From the NCBI GenBank assembly GCA_937952305.1, contig CALFZO010000004.1:3249-67248 (forward strand): DNA of 64,000 nucleotides, written 5' to 3'. The notes under the pieces are model-generated. The model made no database searches, was not told the origin of the DNA, and saw nothing but the letters and a program-made list of their open reading frames with translations. The position numbers were made by a program, and so were the translations under genes. Origin of the DNA: an uncultured Anaerolineales bacterium. Its GTDB lineage: Bacteria > Chloroflexota > Anaerolineae > Anaerolineales > UBA6663. Of this stretch, positions 1 to 9,329 are shown piece after piece (the first letter of the stretch is position 1; every line of letters starts with the position of its first letter).

Positions 1-602
1 ATAAAACCGATAATGGGCTGATTGAAAGGTGTATCGATCCAGCCGGGGCAAATGCAATTGACCCGGATTCCGTCACCACTGACTTCCAGGGCCAGGGCGC
101 GGGAGAAAGCGATAATGGCGCCTTTGGAAGCGGCGTAGGCCACCCCGCCGGCGCCGCCGCGCAGGCCGGCCGTCGAACCGACATTCACAATGGCGGCGCC
201 CTGGCGTTGGCGAAGGTAAGGCACCCCATACTTGGCCATCAGGAAACACGACCGGACGTTGACGGCCATCAGAGCCTCCCAATCGGCATCCGGGAATTCC
301 GTCAGCCGGCCGCAGAGCTGCCTGCCGGCGTTGTTCACCAGGATATCGATGGCGCCCATGTGGCTGGCGGCTGCCGCCAGCAAAGCCTTAACCTGCCCGG
401 CGTCGGAGACATCGGCTTGGACAAACCAGGCCTGGCCACCGGCGTCCCGAATCTGGGCGGCGGCCGCCTCCCCCGCGGCCCGATTCAAATCGGCAATGAT
501 CACCTGTGCCTGTTCTTGGGCAAATAGCAGGGCAGTGGCCTGACCGATCCCGGCGGCGCCGCCGGTAACAATCGCCTTTCGGCCCGCGAGACGAGCTGTC
601 AT
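1..602 (-). CDS. short-chain dehydrogenase/reductase (SDR); 3' end lies beyond the left edge
   Basis: The reverse complement of 540-602 reads MTARLAGRKAIVTGGAAGIGQ (TGxxxGIG Rossmann motif). The same frame further on gives ILVNNAG and YAASKG (YxxxK). It has no stop inside the window, so it is absent from the ORF track. Confidence 0.85.
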   Translation of the reverse strand, partial: MTARLAGRKAIVTGGAAGIGQATALLFAQEQAQVIIADLNRAAGEAAAAQIRDAGGQAWFVQADVSDAGQVKALLAAAASHMGAIDILVNNAGRQLCGRLTEFPDADWEALMAVNVRSCFLMAKYGVPYLRQRQGAAIVNVGSTAGLRGGAGGVAYAASKGAIIAFSRALALEVSGDGIRVNCICPGWIDTPFNQPIIGF

Positions 603-669
603 CGTGTCCTCCATGTTCCCAGGTGGCCGCGCTGTCGAGTTGAGCGCGGCCTGCCTGTTTGGCTGGCGA

Positions 670-1635
670 TCAATGGCCGGCGTGTTGCGCGGCCCAGATG
701 GCGGCGCCCAGCGCGCCGGCATCCGCGCCGAGCAGGGACTGAACAATCCGGATACGCTCAACCGGCGTGGCGCGGCACCGTTCCCGCACGGCGACGCGGA
801 TCGGCTCCAACAGCAGCTCCCCGAGGTTGGCCACACTGCCGCCCAGCACAACACAATCCGGGCTTACCGTCGTCACGATGTTGGCGACGCCGACCCCCAG
901 ATAGGTGGTCACCCGTTGCAGCACCGCCAATGCCACTTCATCGCCTTCCCGGGCCGCGGCCCCCACCAGTTCCGGCGTGACACGGTCTGATGAGCCGCCG
1001 GCCAGATCAAGCAGACGGGAGGGCTGGCCGCTGGCCAACTGCTGAGTTGCCAACGCCTGGATGGCCTTCCCGCTGGCGTAGGTCTCCAAGCAACCCCGGT
1101 TCCCGCAGGTGCAGGCCGGTCCGTCGGGAGCCAAGGTCATATGTCCGAATTCGCCGGCGGTGCCGTCTATCCCCAGAAACAGGCGCCCGGCGAGCGCGAT
1201 CCCGCCGCCGACCCCTGTGCCCAGCGTCAAGCCCACCACGGTGGCGTGGCCCCGCCCCGCGCCCAGCGTGGCTTCCGCAAGAACGAAGGCCCGCGCATCG
1301 TTGATCAGCCAGACAGGGCGACCCAGCTTGGCGGCCAGCCCCGGGCCGGCCGGCACATCGCGCCAGGCGCCCTGTAGGTTGGGAAGAAACTGCGTGTGGC
1401 CGGTTCTGGAATCGAAGACGCCCGGAACGCCCAGCCCAATTCCGTCGAGGGAGGGCAGCGGGATGGCCCCGTCAGCACAGGCGACCCGGACGAGGTCGGC
1501 CATGCGGCCCAGCACCGACTGTGGCCCGGCCTGGGAGTCGGTCGGCCCCTGCGCGCGGGCCAGAACGCGGCCGCTGGCGGTGTCGACGACGGCCACGGCG
1601 ATCTTGGTGCCACCCAGGTCAATCCCGGCGAACAT
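670..1635 (-). CDS. ROK-family sugar kinase (glucokinase-like)
   Basis: N-terminal MFAGIDLGGTKIAVAVVD ATP-binding motif. ROK zinc signature CTCGNRGCLE. The stop lies 10 nt before the start of the upstream gene's neighbour. Confidence 0.9.
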   Translation of the reverse strand: MFAGIDLGGTKIAVAVVDTASGRVLARAQGPTDSQAGPQSVLGRMADLVRVACADGAIPLPSLDGIGLGVPGVFDSRTGHTQFLPNLQGAWRDVPAGPGLAAKLGRPVWLINDARAFVLAEATLGAGRGHATVVGLTLGTGVGGGIALAGRLFLGIDGTAGEFGHMTLAPDGPACTCGNRGCLETYASGKAIQALATQQLASGQPSRLLDLAGGSSDRVTPELVGAAAREGDEVALAVLQRVTTYLGVGVANIVTTVSPDCVVLGGSVANLGELLLEPIRVAVRERCRATPVERIRIVQSLLGADAGALGAAIWAAQHAGH

Positions 1636-1644
1636 AGGCCACCT

Positions 1645-2937
1645 TTAGGACAATGCCGAGAAGAGGGCGCCGTCACGGCGCAGTTGGTGTTGCAGCCCGT
1701 CCACAGGAACAGCCCGGCAGCGGCCCCCCTGCCTGAGCGCCAGGGCCGCGGCGGTGCCGGCCGCCTGTCCCATGGCCATGCATTGCCCCATACTGCGAAC
1801 GGAAGCATGGGCATCGTGGGTAGCCGACAGGCAACGCCCGGCCGTCAGCAGGTTCTCCACCTTCTGGGGGATGAGGCAGCGATAGGGAATATCATAGGTG
1901 GCGCCGGCCGCGAGATATTCCCAGCGGGTATCGTGGCCGGCATGATGGTCTTCAATCGGCGCGCCACATTGGGCAATGGCATCGGCGAATTGGCGGGCGG
2001 ACAGGACGTCCTCGCGGGTCAACCGATAGTCGCCGAACACGCGCCGGGTCTCACGTATGCCGATCTGCGTGCAGAAGTTCAGCAGGAAAGCGTTCTCATA
2101 GCCAGGGATGCGTTCGCGCAGAAACCGGACATACTCAAGCGCTTGGGCCCGCCCGGCCAATTCGGCTTTGGTCAATTCAACGGGGTCGGTGCCATCCACG
2201 TAGGCAACCCGCGTCAGGTTGGTCGCCACCACGCCGCGGACCGGCGTCCGATGGAGGCTGCCCTCCTCACGCGGCAGGTGGTAGTCACCGCTCAGGTTAG
2301 CCTCGCGCATCAGCCGCACCAAATCCGCCCGTTTGACCTGCAGAGCGCGCGCCTCGTCGACGTTGCCGAGGCGGAAGGTGGTGGTCAAGGACTGGGCCGG
2401 CCCATCCTCCCCGGCTGCTTGAAAAGGCACGCCAGCCCGGAAACAGAGATCGGCATCGCCTGAGGCATCCACAAAAACCTGGCCCGTGATCAGGCCGAGC
2501 CCGCTCTTTCCGCTGACCACGATCCCGGTGACGGATTCGCCTTCCCTGACCACATCCACACAGAACGTGTGCAGCCGAATGCGGACAGAGGCCTCTTGCG
2601 CCGTTTGCTCCCAGACGACCTGGAGGGTGGGTGGATCATAGGTGACGGCCTGACCAGCCCCATAACTGCTCGGGCGCTCCAGCACCATCCCCCGGTGCTG
2701 CAGGCGCTCCACGATTTCCCACGGGAGGCCGCCGACGACGCGACGGGCGTCGTTCCCCGGCACGTAGAAGCCATAAAATGTATCCAGCACCATGGTTGAA
2801 GTGCCGCCCAAAAATCCATAACGTTCGACCAACAGGGTATCGGCACCTGTCCGGGCCGCCGCGATTGCCGCGGTGCATCCTGCTGAACCAGCACCCACGA
2901 CGACTACGTCTGCGTGATCAAACACGGGGATTGACAT
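1645..2937 (-). CDS. FAD-dependent oxidoreductase
   Basis: DVVVVGAGSAGCTAAIAAARTGADTLLVE dinucleotide-binding fold close to the N-terminus. The track ORF starts at a TTG (2958). The internal ATG at 2937 (M8, MSIPVFDH...) is preferred, but the start is uncertain. Confidence 0.8.
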   Translation of the reverse strand: MSIPVFDHADVVVVGAGSAGCTAAIAAARTGADTLLVERYGFLGGTSTMVLDTFYGFYVPGNDARRVVGGLPWEIVERLQHRGMVLERPSSYGAGQAVTYDPPTLQVVWEQTAQEASVRIRLHTFCVDVVREGESVTGIVVSGKSGLGLITGQVFVDASGDADLCFRAGVPFQAAGEDGPAQSLTTTFRLGNVDEARALQVKRADLVRLMREANLSGDYHLPREEGSLHRTPVRGVVATNLTRVAYVDGTDPVELTKAELAGRAQALEYVRFLRERIPGYENAFLLNFCTQIGIRETRRVFGDYRLTREDVLSARQFADAIAQCGAPIEDHHAGHDTRWEYLAAGATYDIPYRCLIPQKVENLLTAGRCLSATHDAHASVRSMGQCMAMGQAAGTAAALALRQGGRCRAVPVDGLQHQLRRDGALFSALS

Positions 2938-3067
2938 TGTGTCCAACCGGCTAGTCAAAAGAATTCAAAATACCGAATGCAATGATATCATAAAACCTAA
3001 AAACTTCAACATATTCCACGAAAATATTCATTTCAAGATCGGATAACCACCGATGAGTGCATGATAT

Positions 3068-3090
3068 TGTCAATAATAAACATATTGACA
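3068..3090. promoter_or_regulatory. inverted repeat TGTCAATA-N7-TATTGACA, candidate operator for the adjacent GntR/YhfZ-type regulator
   Basis: Perfect 8-bp arms read directly from the sequence. It sits in the AT-rich divergent intergenic region 2938-3170. The right arm contains the TTGACA -35 of the predicted yhfZ-like promoter. Confidence 0.45.
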
Positions 3091-3113
3091 GGATAATCGC
3101 GACGTGTTAACTT
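3085..3113 (+). promoter_or_regulatory. sigma-70-type promoter candidate (TTGACA-17-TGtTAACTT, extended -10)
   Basis: Consensus -35 at 3085-3090, a TG at 3105-3106 and TAACTT at 3108-3113. This is about 58 nt upstream of the ATG at 3171. Confidence 0.45.
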
Positions 3114-3170
3114 CATATGTCTACAGAAAGTGTTCGCCAGTTTGAATGTTATCTGAGTTAAGCGACCACC

Positions 3171-4133
3171 ATGCCAGAGACCAGCGATAGCCGTCTGCAG
3201 CCCGCTGTCGATCAGGGATTGCTCACAAAACAAGGCCAAATCATCGTCAGCTTGGCCGGCCAACTGGCTTCGGCCAAGCCCGGCGAACGGCTGCTGCCCG
3301 TGCAGGAATACGCCGAGTTGTTTCAGGCGGCCGCCGGCACCCTTCAAAACGCCTTGGACTACCTCCAAGAGATTGGTGCCGCCAAACTAGATGCCCGTGG
3401 CCGGCTGGGTACCTACGTAGTCGGGCTTGATTACGCTCAACTCTGGCAGATCGGCTTCCGCCGCCCCTTGATTGGCGCCGTGCCTCTCCCCTACACCCGC
3501 CATATCGAAGGTTTAGCCACCGCCTTACACGCTCAGTGCGCGGCCGCGCATCTCCCTGCCGCCCTCCGCTTCATGCGGGGCTCGACCGAACGCCTGCAGG
3601 CCTTAGCGGCCAGTACCGTTGACTGGGCCCTGGTGTCCAAGTTTGCGGCCCGAACCGCCCACGCCCATGGTTTCGCCGTGACGGCGGTTCTCGCCCTAGG
3701 CCCCCACAGCTATCTAGACAGCCATGTGCTGTTGATGCGCAGCCACCTGAACGGCCGCCTGCCCGACGGCGCCCGCCTGGGCGTCGATTTCTTGTCCACA
3801 GACCATACCTACGTGTCGCGGGCGATCAGCCGCGGCAAGAAGGTTGAGTTGGTGAAGATCCAGTACGATCAATCGCTGGAATTGCTGGCCGCCGGCGCCA
3901 TCGATGCTGTCGTCTGGACCAACCACGACGTGCCGGTCAGTCTGGCCGACATCACCATCGTGCCCCTGGAAGCCGCCGAGGACCCGGAACTGGCAGAACT
4001 CAGCGAAGCCGTGCTCGTCACGGAGCAGGGCCGAACCGCCGTCGGCCACCTGCTGCCAACCCTCCTGAACATCCCCGACTTGCTCGCCATCCAGCGCGCG
4101 GTCATTGACCGGGTACGCATCCCGAGTTACTGA
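3171..4133 (+). CDS. YhfZ-like transcriptional regulator (GntR-type winged helix N-terminus plus YhfZ C-terminal domain)
   Basis: The N-terminus ...RLLPVQEYAELFQAAAGTLQNALDYLQEIGAAKLDARGRLGTYVV resembles the GntR/YhfZ HTH as I remember it. It is transcribed divergently from the FAD-oxidoreductase operon. Confidence 0.6.
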   Translation: MPETSDSRLQPAVDQGLLTKQGQIIVSLAGQLASAKPGERLLPVQEYAELFQAAAGTLQNALDYLQEIGAAKLDARGRLGTYVVGLDYAQLWQIGFRRPLIGAVPLPYTRHIEGLATALHAQCAAAHLPAALRFMRGSTERLQALAASTVDWALVSKFAARTAHAHGFAVTAVLALGPHSYLDSHVLLMRSHLNGRLPDGARLGVDFLSTDHTYVSRAISRGKKVELVKIQYDQSLELLAAGAIDAVVWTNHDVPVSLADITIVPLEAAEDPELAELSEAVLVTEQGRTAVGHLLPTLLNIPDLLAIQRAVIDRVRIPSY

Positions 4134-4396
4134 TCCAACGGCTGAAGTGGATAGCGGCCGTAGCGGCCGGCCGCCTGGAAGAGCGCGGACATTGGTGGCC
4201 GGCACAGCCGCTCCCCGTGGTCTGACATGATCCGGGCCAGGTTGACGCCTGGTCAAGGCTCCAGGCAGTGGAAAATGTCCACGCCAGTTGATCGCAATCA
4301 GGCGGCGCTCACCCGCATCCAGGCGCCATACTCCGGCGCCGGTTGCGTGGTCGGCGCGCCAGGCACAGCGGCGTTGCAGAACAACGGCGCCTTGGG

Positions 4397-5185
4397 CTAG
4401 TGGGCGGTCCAACCGCCATCGACGGTCAGGACGGCCCCGGTTACAAAGCGCGCTTCGTCAGACAAGAGATACAGGGCCGCCCAGGCGACATCTTGGGGCA
4501 CGCCCAAATCCCCAGTCAATGGTTGCAGCGCCGCCAGCCGCTGCCGAATGCCGGGATCAGACTGAGCACGCTGGCTCATCGGCGTCGCGATCAGGCCGGG
4601 GCAGATCACGTTGACGCGAATCCGATCTTTGGCATAGTAGGCCGCCATGGCGCGGCTCAGCGCAATCAGGCCCCCCTTGCTGGCTGCATACGCATGGGTG
4701 GCAAAGTCACTGTCCCCGCCCACTAGGCCCAGGACCGAGCTCAGGTTGACGATGGCACCGCCCCCGTTCTCCAGCAGTTTGGGGATGCCGTACTTGGACA
4801 CCAAGAATACGCTGCGCAGATTGACCGCCAGCACCTGATCCCAGCCGGCTTCCGTGCAGTCCGCAACCGGGCCATCCCCCCAGCGCCGGCCGCTGATCCC
4901 GGCGCCGTTGAAGATACCGTCGAGCCTGCCGAAAACGGCCGCGGCTTCGTTGACGGCGTCGCGCACAGCTGTCGCCGCCGTCAGATCGACCTCAATGAAG
5001 CGGGCGGATCCCGCCTGGGCCCGGATCTCCGCTGCTGTCTGCTCCCCGCCTTCCCGCTGGCGGTCGAGTATCACGACCTGGGCGCCGGCTGCCGCGCCCA
5101 GGAGCGCGGTTGCCCGCCCAATCCCGGAGGCGCCCCCTGTGACCACGATCGTTTTGCCCGCCAGCCGGCCTGGGCCCTCCATCAC
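4397..5185 (-). CDS. SDR-family oxidoreductase
   Basis: GKTIVVTGGASGIGRATA Rossmann motif, NGAG, and YAASKGG (YxxxK). The start lies 3 nt after the stop of the SIS gene. Confidence 0.9.
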   Translation of the reverse strand: MMEGPGRLAGKTIVVTGGASGIGRATALLGAAAGAQVVILDRQREGGEQTAAEIRAQAGSARFIEVDLTAATAVRDAVNEAAAVFGRLDGIFNGAGISGRRWGDGPVADCTEAGWDQVLAVNLRSVFLVSKYGIPKLLENGGGAIVNLSSVLGLVGGDSDFATHAYAASKGGLIALSRAMAAYYAKDRIRVNVICPGLIATPMSQRAQSDPGIRQRLAALQPLTGDLGVPQDVAWAALYLLSDEARFVTGAVLTVDGGWTAH

Positions 5186-5187
5186 CT

Positions 5188-5970
5188 TCAGATCCCTTCG
5201 CCAAAGGCGCGCCGGGCGCGGGTTCGGTAATCGTCGTAAGCCTGATCAAACACAGCCTGGGACGCTTGCTCGCCGATCAATACAGCGCTGGTCAGCACGG
5301 CCGGCGGCTGGCCGAGCCGCACCAGTTCTTCGGCGATCAGGCACTTTAAGGCGTTGACGATGACGGCATTTCCGATCGTAGACCCCGGGCCGACGGGATA
5401 GCGCAGATCGGGCACGCGCACCAGCGCATCGCCAGCCGGCGTGCCATTGTCGATGGTGACATCCGCCAGATCCGGCAGGCGCTTCCCGGAGGGATGCTTG
5501 GGAGGCGAGGCCAGGCAATGGTCCAGCGAAACTACGGCGATCAGCGGCAGGCCGCGCTCTTTCACCTGGAGGGCCATCTCAACAATCAATTCGTTGACGC
5601 CGCTGTTGGAGAAGAGGATGAAACTGTCCGGCGTGGCCAGGACAAAGTTTCGCAAAATGGGCCGGGCCAAGCCGGCCACGTGCTCGAGGTACATGGCCTG
5701 CCGCTGCCCGTTCGCGCCGACGACCAGGTTGTGAAAAGTCAGCGAGAGTTCCACCAGCGGGTAGAAGCCTGGGTAACTGCCGTGGCGGGGGAACATCTCT
5801 TCGATCGCCATGCGTGAGTGGCCAGTCCCGAACAGGTAAACCAGGCCCCGCTGCGCAATCGTGTTTGAACAGATGCTCGCCGCTCGGCTGAGGTTCTCGG
5901 ACTGGGTCGCGCGGATCCGCGCGACGATAGCCTGCGCGGCCTCAAAGTAATCGAGCCCGGATTGATACAT
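5188..5970 (-). CDS. SIS (sugar isomerase) domain protein, UPF0309-like
   Basis: GLVYLFGTGHSRMAIEEMF phosphosugar-binding type motif. The length and layout are typical of single-SIS proteins. Confidence 0.7.
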   Translation of the reverse strand: MYQSGLDYFEAAQAIVARIRATQSENLSRAASICSNTIAQRGLVYLFGTGHSRMAIEEMFPRHGSYPGFYPLVELSLTFHNLVVGANGQRQAMYLEHVAGLARPILRNFVLATPDSFILFSNSGVNELIVEMALQVKERGLPLIAVVSLDHCLASPPKHPSGKRLPDLADVTIDNGTPAGDALVRVPDLRYPVGPGSTIGNAVIVNALKCLIAEELVRLGQPPAVLTSAVLIGEQASQAVFDQAYDDYRTRARRAFGEGI

Positions 5971-6065
5971 GGCTGGTTCCTATTTTCGTCAGTTAATCCA
6001 CGCCGCGGCCGGCTGTCTAGAGGGCCGATCGCTGTCTACCGCACACCGGGCTATCGGCCGGCCGC

Positions 6066-7634
6066 TCAGGGCTGCAGCGCCATCGCGGCGACGTAATGGT
6101 CGGCGAAGCGCGCATCCTGATCCAGATCGACCGGGATGGCGCGCCGGGCCAGGGTTTCGCCCAGCGCAAAGCCTTCGTCGCTGAGGAACAGCGCTGCGCC
6201 CAGCCCGGCCCCATTGGCCGTCACCTCGACGATGTCGCGCCGGACCGGCGGCAGCAGGCCCAGCCCGAGCGCCGAGTCGACATCGATCTGGCCACCAAAA
6301 GAACCGGTCAGGATCACGCGTTGCAGGTCGGCTGCTGCCAGCCCCAGTTTGCTCATCAGGATGCCGATGGCGGCGCGGATGGCGCCCTTGGCCTTCTGCA
6401 ATTCGCGCACGTCCCACTGATTGAGGCTCAGGCCGCGGTCCCGGTCCAGGATCAGGCGCCGCCCGTCAGCCGGGTCGACGGTGAACTGGTCCGCGAAAGG
6501 CCCCGCTGACGGCGCCAGGCGCCCGCTCGCGGAGATGATGCCGGCCTGGCGAAGTTCGTAGACCAGGCTGAGCAAGCCGGAGCCGGTCAGGCCGATCGGA
6601 GGCTGATGCCCAATCGTCTCGAGGCGCAGGGTGCGGCCGTCTGGGCGGGCGCGAGTGACGGCGCCATCCACAGCGCGCGAGCCGCACGAGATGTTCACGC
6701 CTTCGAAGGCCGGGCCAGCGGCCGTCGAAGTGGTCAGGATGCTCCGGCCATCGGTGACCAGCACCTCGCCATTGGTGCCCAGGTCGACCGCCGCCATCGG
6801 GCCGGGAGCACGGTCAAAGCCAAAGTACGCGAGGCAGGCCAGGGCATCCGAGCCCACAAAGCCGCCAATCAGGGGCGGCAACGAGACCGCGACACCATCG
6901 GCGAAGATGCCCTCCATGAGGTGGCCGGCCTCGCGCACGGAGGCGCGCGTGTGCGGCTCAAAGGGCATGACCGCCAGCGAGTCAATCGGCAGGCGGGCCA
7001 GCAAGTGATGCATGGCCACATTGCCCACAATGGTCGCCCGGCTGATGCGGCTGCGCACTCGGGGAGAGAGCCGCAGGGCGTCCACCGCCTGATTGATAGA
7101 GGCCAGCGCCAGGCGGTGCAGCCGCTCCCGGTTTTCCGGGCTGGCCTGCGCGGCTTTCAGCCGGGAAATGACATCGGCCCCGTAGACCGATTGCTGGTTC
7201 AGGCTGGCGGCCCCGGCGCAGACCTCGCCGGTATCCAGCACCGTCAGGAAGGCCGCCGCCGTGGTCGACCCCAAGTCAATGGCCAGTCCCAGCGGGGAGC
7301 TGGTTTGCTTATAGCGCGCACTGCGCTGAAAGTTCTTGTTGGAATAGACCACGATCGGCGCGAGGACCACCCGCGCGTCGCCTTCCAGGCGCGCGCAGCA
7401 AGCCAGGCGGTTGTCCAGGGCTAATTCGCCGGGGCTCAGGTGGTGTCTTTCGACCGGGTCGGGCGGGGCGATCCCGGCCTCCGCCAGGACCTTGCACTTG
7501 CCGCAGGTGCCGCGCCCGGCGCAGGGCTGCTCCAGGGGCAGCCCGGTCCGGGCGACGACCTCGCCGATCAGGGCGCCGGCCGGCGCCTCAATGATCTCGG
7601 TTTTGTCCCCGTAAATGACGGTCAAGACAGGCAT
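6066..7634 (-). CDS. corrinoid reductive activase (N-terminal 2Fe-2S ferredoxin plus ASKHA ATPase, RACo/DUF4445 type)
   Basis: CAGRGTCGKCKV plant-type 2Fe-2S motif about 40 aa from the N-terminus. The large C-terminal region carries ASKHA-like DLGTNGE/DLGSTT motifs. The ATG at 7634 (M19, MPVLTVIYGD) is preferred over the TTG at 7688, which would overlap the upstream gene. Confidence 0.85.
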   Translation of the reverse strand: MPVLTVIYGDKTEIIEAPAGALIGEVVARTGLPLEQPCAGRGTCGKCKVLAEAGIAPPDPVERHHLSPGELALDNRLACCARLEGDARVVLAPIVVYSNKNFQRSARYKQTSSPLGLAIDLGSTTAAAFLTVLDTGEVCAGAASLNQQSVYGADVISRLKAAQASPENRERLHRLALASINQAVDALRLSPRVRSRISRATIVGNVAMHHLLARLPIDSLAVMPFEPHTRASVREAGHLMEGIFADGVAVSLPPLIGGFVGSDALACLAYFGFDRAPGPMAAVDLGTNGEVLVTDGRSILTTSTAAGPAFEGVNISCGSRAVDGAVTRARPDGRTLRLETIGHQPPIGLTGSGLLSLVYELRQAGIISASGRLAPSAGPFADQFTVDPADGRRLILDRDRGLSLNQWDVRELQKAKGAIRAAIGILMSKLGLAAADLQRVILTGSFGGQIDVDSALGLGLLPPVRRDIVEVTANGAGLGAALFLSDEGFALGETLARRAIPVDLDQDARFADHYVAAMALQP

Positions 7635-7671
7635 GCGTCGCGAAGATTCCAACGAGCGGCCGGCCGCGGCC

Positions 7672-8391
7672 TCAATCGGTCCGGACAAAGAGCGCCTGTT
7701 CGAGCAGGCCCCCCGGCGGGATCAGCAGGAAATCCTCGCCCGGCTGCGCGCCGTCACTCTGGACCAACTCGATCAGGCGCAGCAGGTAGCCGTCCGAGCC
7801 GAGCAGCTCCTCATAGCGCATGTCCCAGCGGGCGCAGTACGCGGCCACCGCCTCAGCCTGAGACCGGTAGCGCTCCAGCTCATCGCCATCGCGCGCCACC
7901 ATGGCCAGCCGCCGGTACTTGTGATACTGGACCTCCATGAGCCAGGCGGCTTTTTCGGCACCATACTTCTCCGCCAGTTTCTGGCTTTCCCGCAGAGGGT
8001 TGGTGCCCGCTTCCAGCCAGCCTTTCGAGAGATAGTAGGTGCCGGGTTCCCGGTCCATCTCGCGCCGATAGGCCTGATACGAGCCCAGCAGGATGGCGAT
8101 GCAGTCATCGGTGCGCGGAATGAGCAAAAAGTGCTGGCCGGCGCGGATGTCGCTCAGCCCATTGCCGCACAGGCCATAGCCCAACACGATCAGGCTGGGC
8201 TGATCCACGCTGTCGATGGCGGCCTGAATGGTCTGCCGCAGGTTCTTGGGTACGGCATGCAGGCCATAGTCAAAGAAGGTTAGGGCCGGCGGCGCGCCGG
8301 CCCAGGCCTGCAGCAGGTTTTCCAGCCAGTGCTGAAAAACACGGCAGGCCAGGATCACCACCGGGCGGCCAGGCGGCGGCAGGGCGTTCAC
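7672..8391 (-). CDS. DUF1638 domain protein (function unknown, typically linked to corrinoid methyltransferases)
   Basis: The PVVILACRVFQHWL... N-terminus and size fit DUF1638 as I recall it. Its GTG start overlaps the upstream stop as GTGA (8388-8391), which implies translational coupling. Confidence 0.65.
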   Translation of the reverse strand: MNALPPPGRPVVILACRVFQHWLENLLQAWAGAPPALTFFDYGLHAVPKNLRQTIQAAIDSVDQPSLIVLGYGLCGNGLSDIRAGQHFLLIPRTDDCIAILLGSYQAYRREMDREPGTYYLSKGWLEAGTNPLRESQKLAEKYGAEKAAWLMEVQYHKYRRLAMVARDGDELERYRSQAEAVAAYCARWDMRYEELLGSDGYLLRLIELVQSDGAQPGEDFLLIPPGGLLEQALFVRTD

Positions 8392-9263
8392 ACGGCCACC
8401 TTGGCCTTCTCCCGTTTGCGGTACGCCTTGATCCAGCGCATGCCATAGTCGTCGCGGCCCATGGCTAGGTCCGCGGCCAGAATGGCGGTGTTGACCTCGG
8501 CCAGCAGCGGATTGGTGATCGGGCAGGTCAGACCGGCGTGGATGGCCATTCCCAGGAAGGTCGCGTTGATGTATTTCCGGTCCGGCAATCCAAACGAAAT
8601 ATTGCTGGCACCCATCGAAATATTAACGCCGAACTCTTTGACGACGAGGGCGATCGTATCCAGAGTGACCCGGCCGGCCCCGCTCTCGGCGCTGAGGGCC
8701 ATGGCCAGCGGATCGATCACCACATCGTCGAGGGCGAGGCCGGCCGCCGCGGCCCGCTCAATGATCGCGGCGGCGACCGCGAACCGCGCCTCCGCTGTCT
8801 TGGGGATGCCGCCCTCGCCCATGCACAGGCCGATCACGGCCGCGCCGTACTCCCTGGCCAGCGGCAGGACGGCGTCCAGGGAGCGTTTTTCGCCGTTGAC
8901 TGAGTTGATCAGCGCCTTGCCCTCGTAGATCGAGAGCGCCGCCCCGAGCGCTTTCGGATTCGCGGTGTCAAAGCACAACGGCACATCCACGACCGCTTGG
9001 ACGTTGCGGATGATCTGCTGCATTAAGGCCGGCTCGTCGGCGTCAGGCACGCCGGCGTTGATATCGAGAACGACGGCGCCGGCCGCGACCTGCTCAACGG
9101 CGTCTTTGCGGACCACTTCAAAATTCCCCGCCTGCAGCGCTTCCAGGACAGCCTTGCGCCCGGTTGGATTGATGCGCTCGCCAATAATGACGGTCGGGCG
9201 ATCCCGCTGGATGGTGACCGTCTGGGATTTGGACCTGAGCACAGTGTTACAGTGTTGAGTCAT
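8388..9263 (-). CDS. methyltetrahydrofolate:corrinoid methyltransferase (pterin-binding DHPS-like barrel, MT-II)
   Basis: TVIIGERINPTGRKAVLEAL...VLDINAGVP and NISFGLP motifs are typical of the MetH pterin-binding / AcsE / MtrH-like fold. Confidence 0.85.
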   Translation of the reverse strand: MTQHCNTVLRSKSQTVTIQRDRPTVIIGERINPTGRKAVLEALQAGNFEVVRKDAVEQVAAGAVVLDINAGVPDADEPALMQQIIRNVQAVVDVPLCFDTANPKALGAALSIYEGKALINSVNGEKRSLDAVLPLAREYGAAVIGLCMGEGGIPKTAEARFAVAAAIIERAAAAGLALDDVVIDPLAMALSAESGAGRVTLDTIALVVKEFGVNISMGASNISFGLPDRKYINATFLGMAIHAGLTCPITNPLLAEVNTAILAADLAMGRDDYGMRWIKAYRKREKAKVAV

Positions 9264-9329
9264 GACATTCGCCTTGCTGGTGGACGCGGAAACACCCGGC
9301 GCCAGGGGCTGGCGGGGTGCGCCCAGCCA

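Noticed and set aside
2938-3170. AT-rich islands (2938-3170, 18770-18850, 21142-21400, 63483-63530) as signs of horizontal transfer or mobile-element ends
   Set aside because: They are short (under 260 bp) and strictly intergenic. They contain promoter-like hexamers and palindromic operators, and they are not flanked by integrase or transposase genes or direct repeats. They are best explained as regulatory regions.
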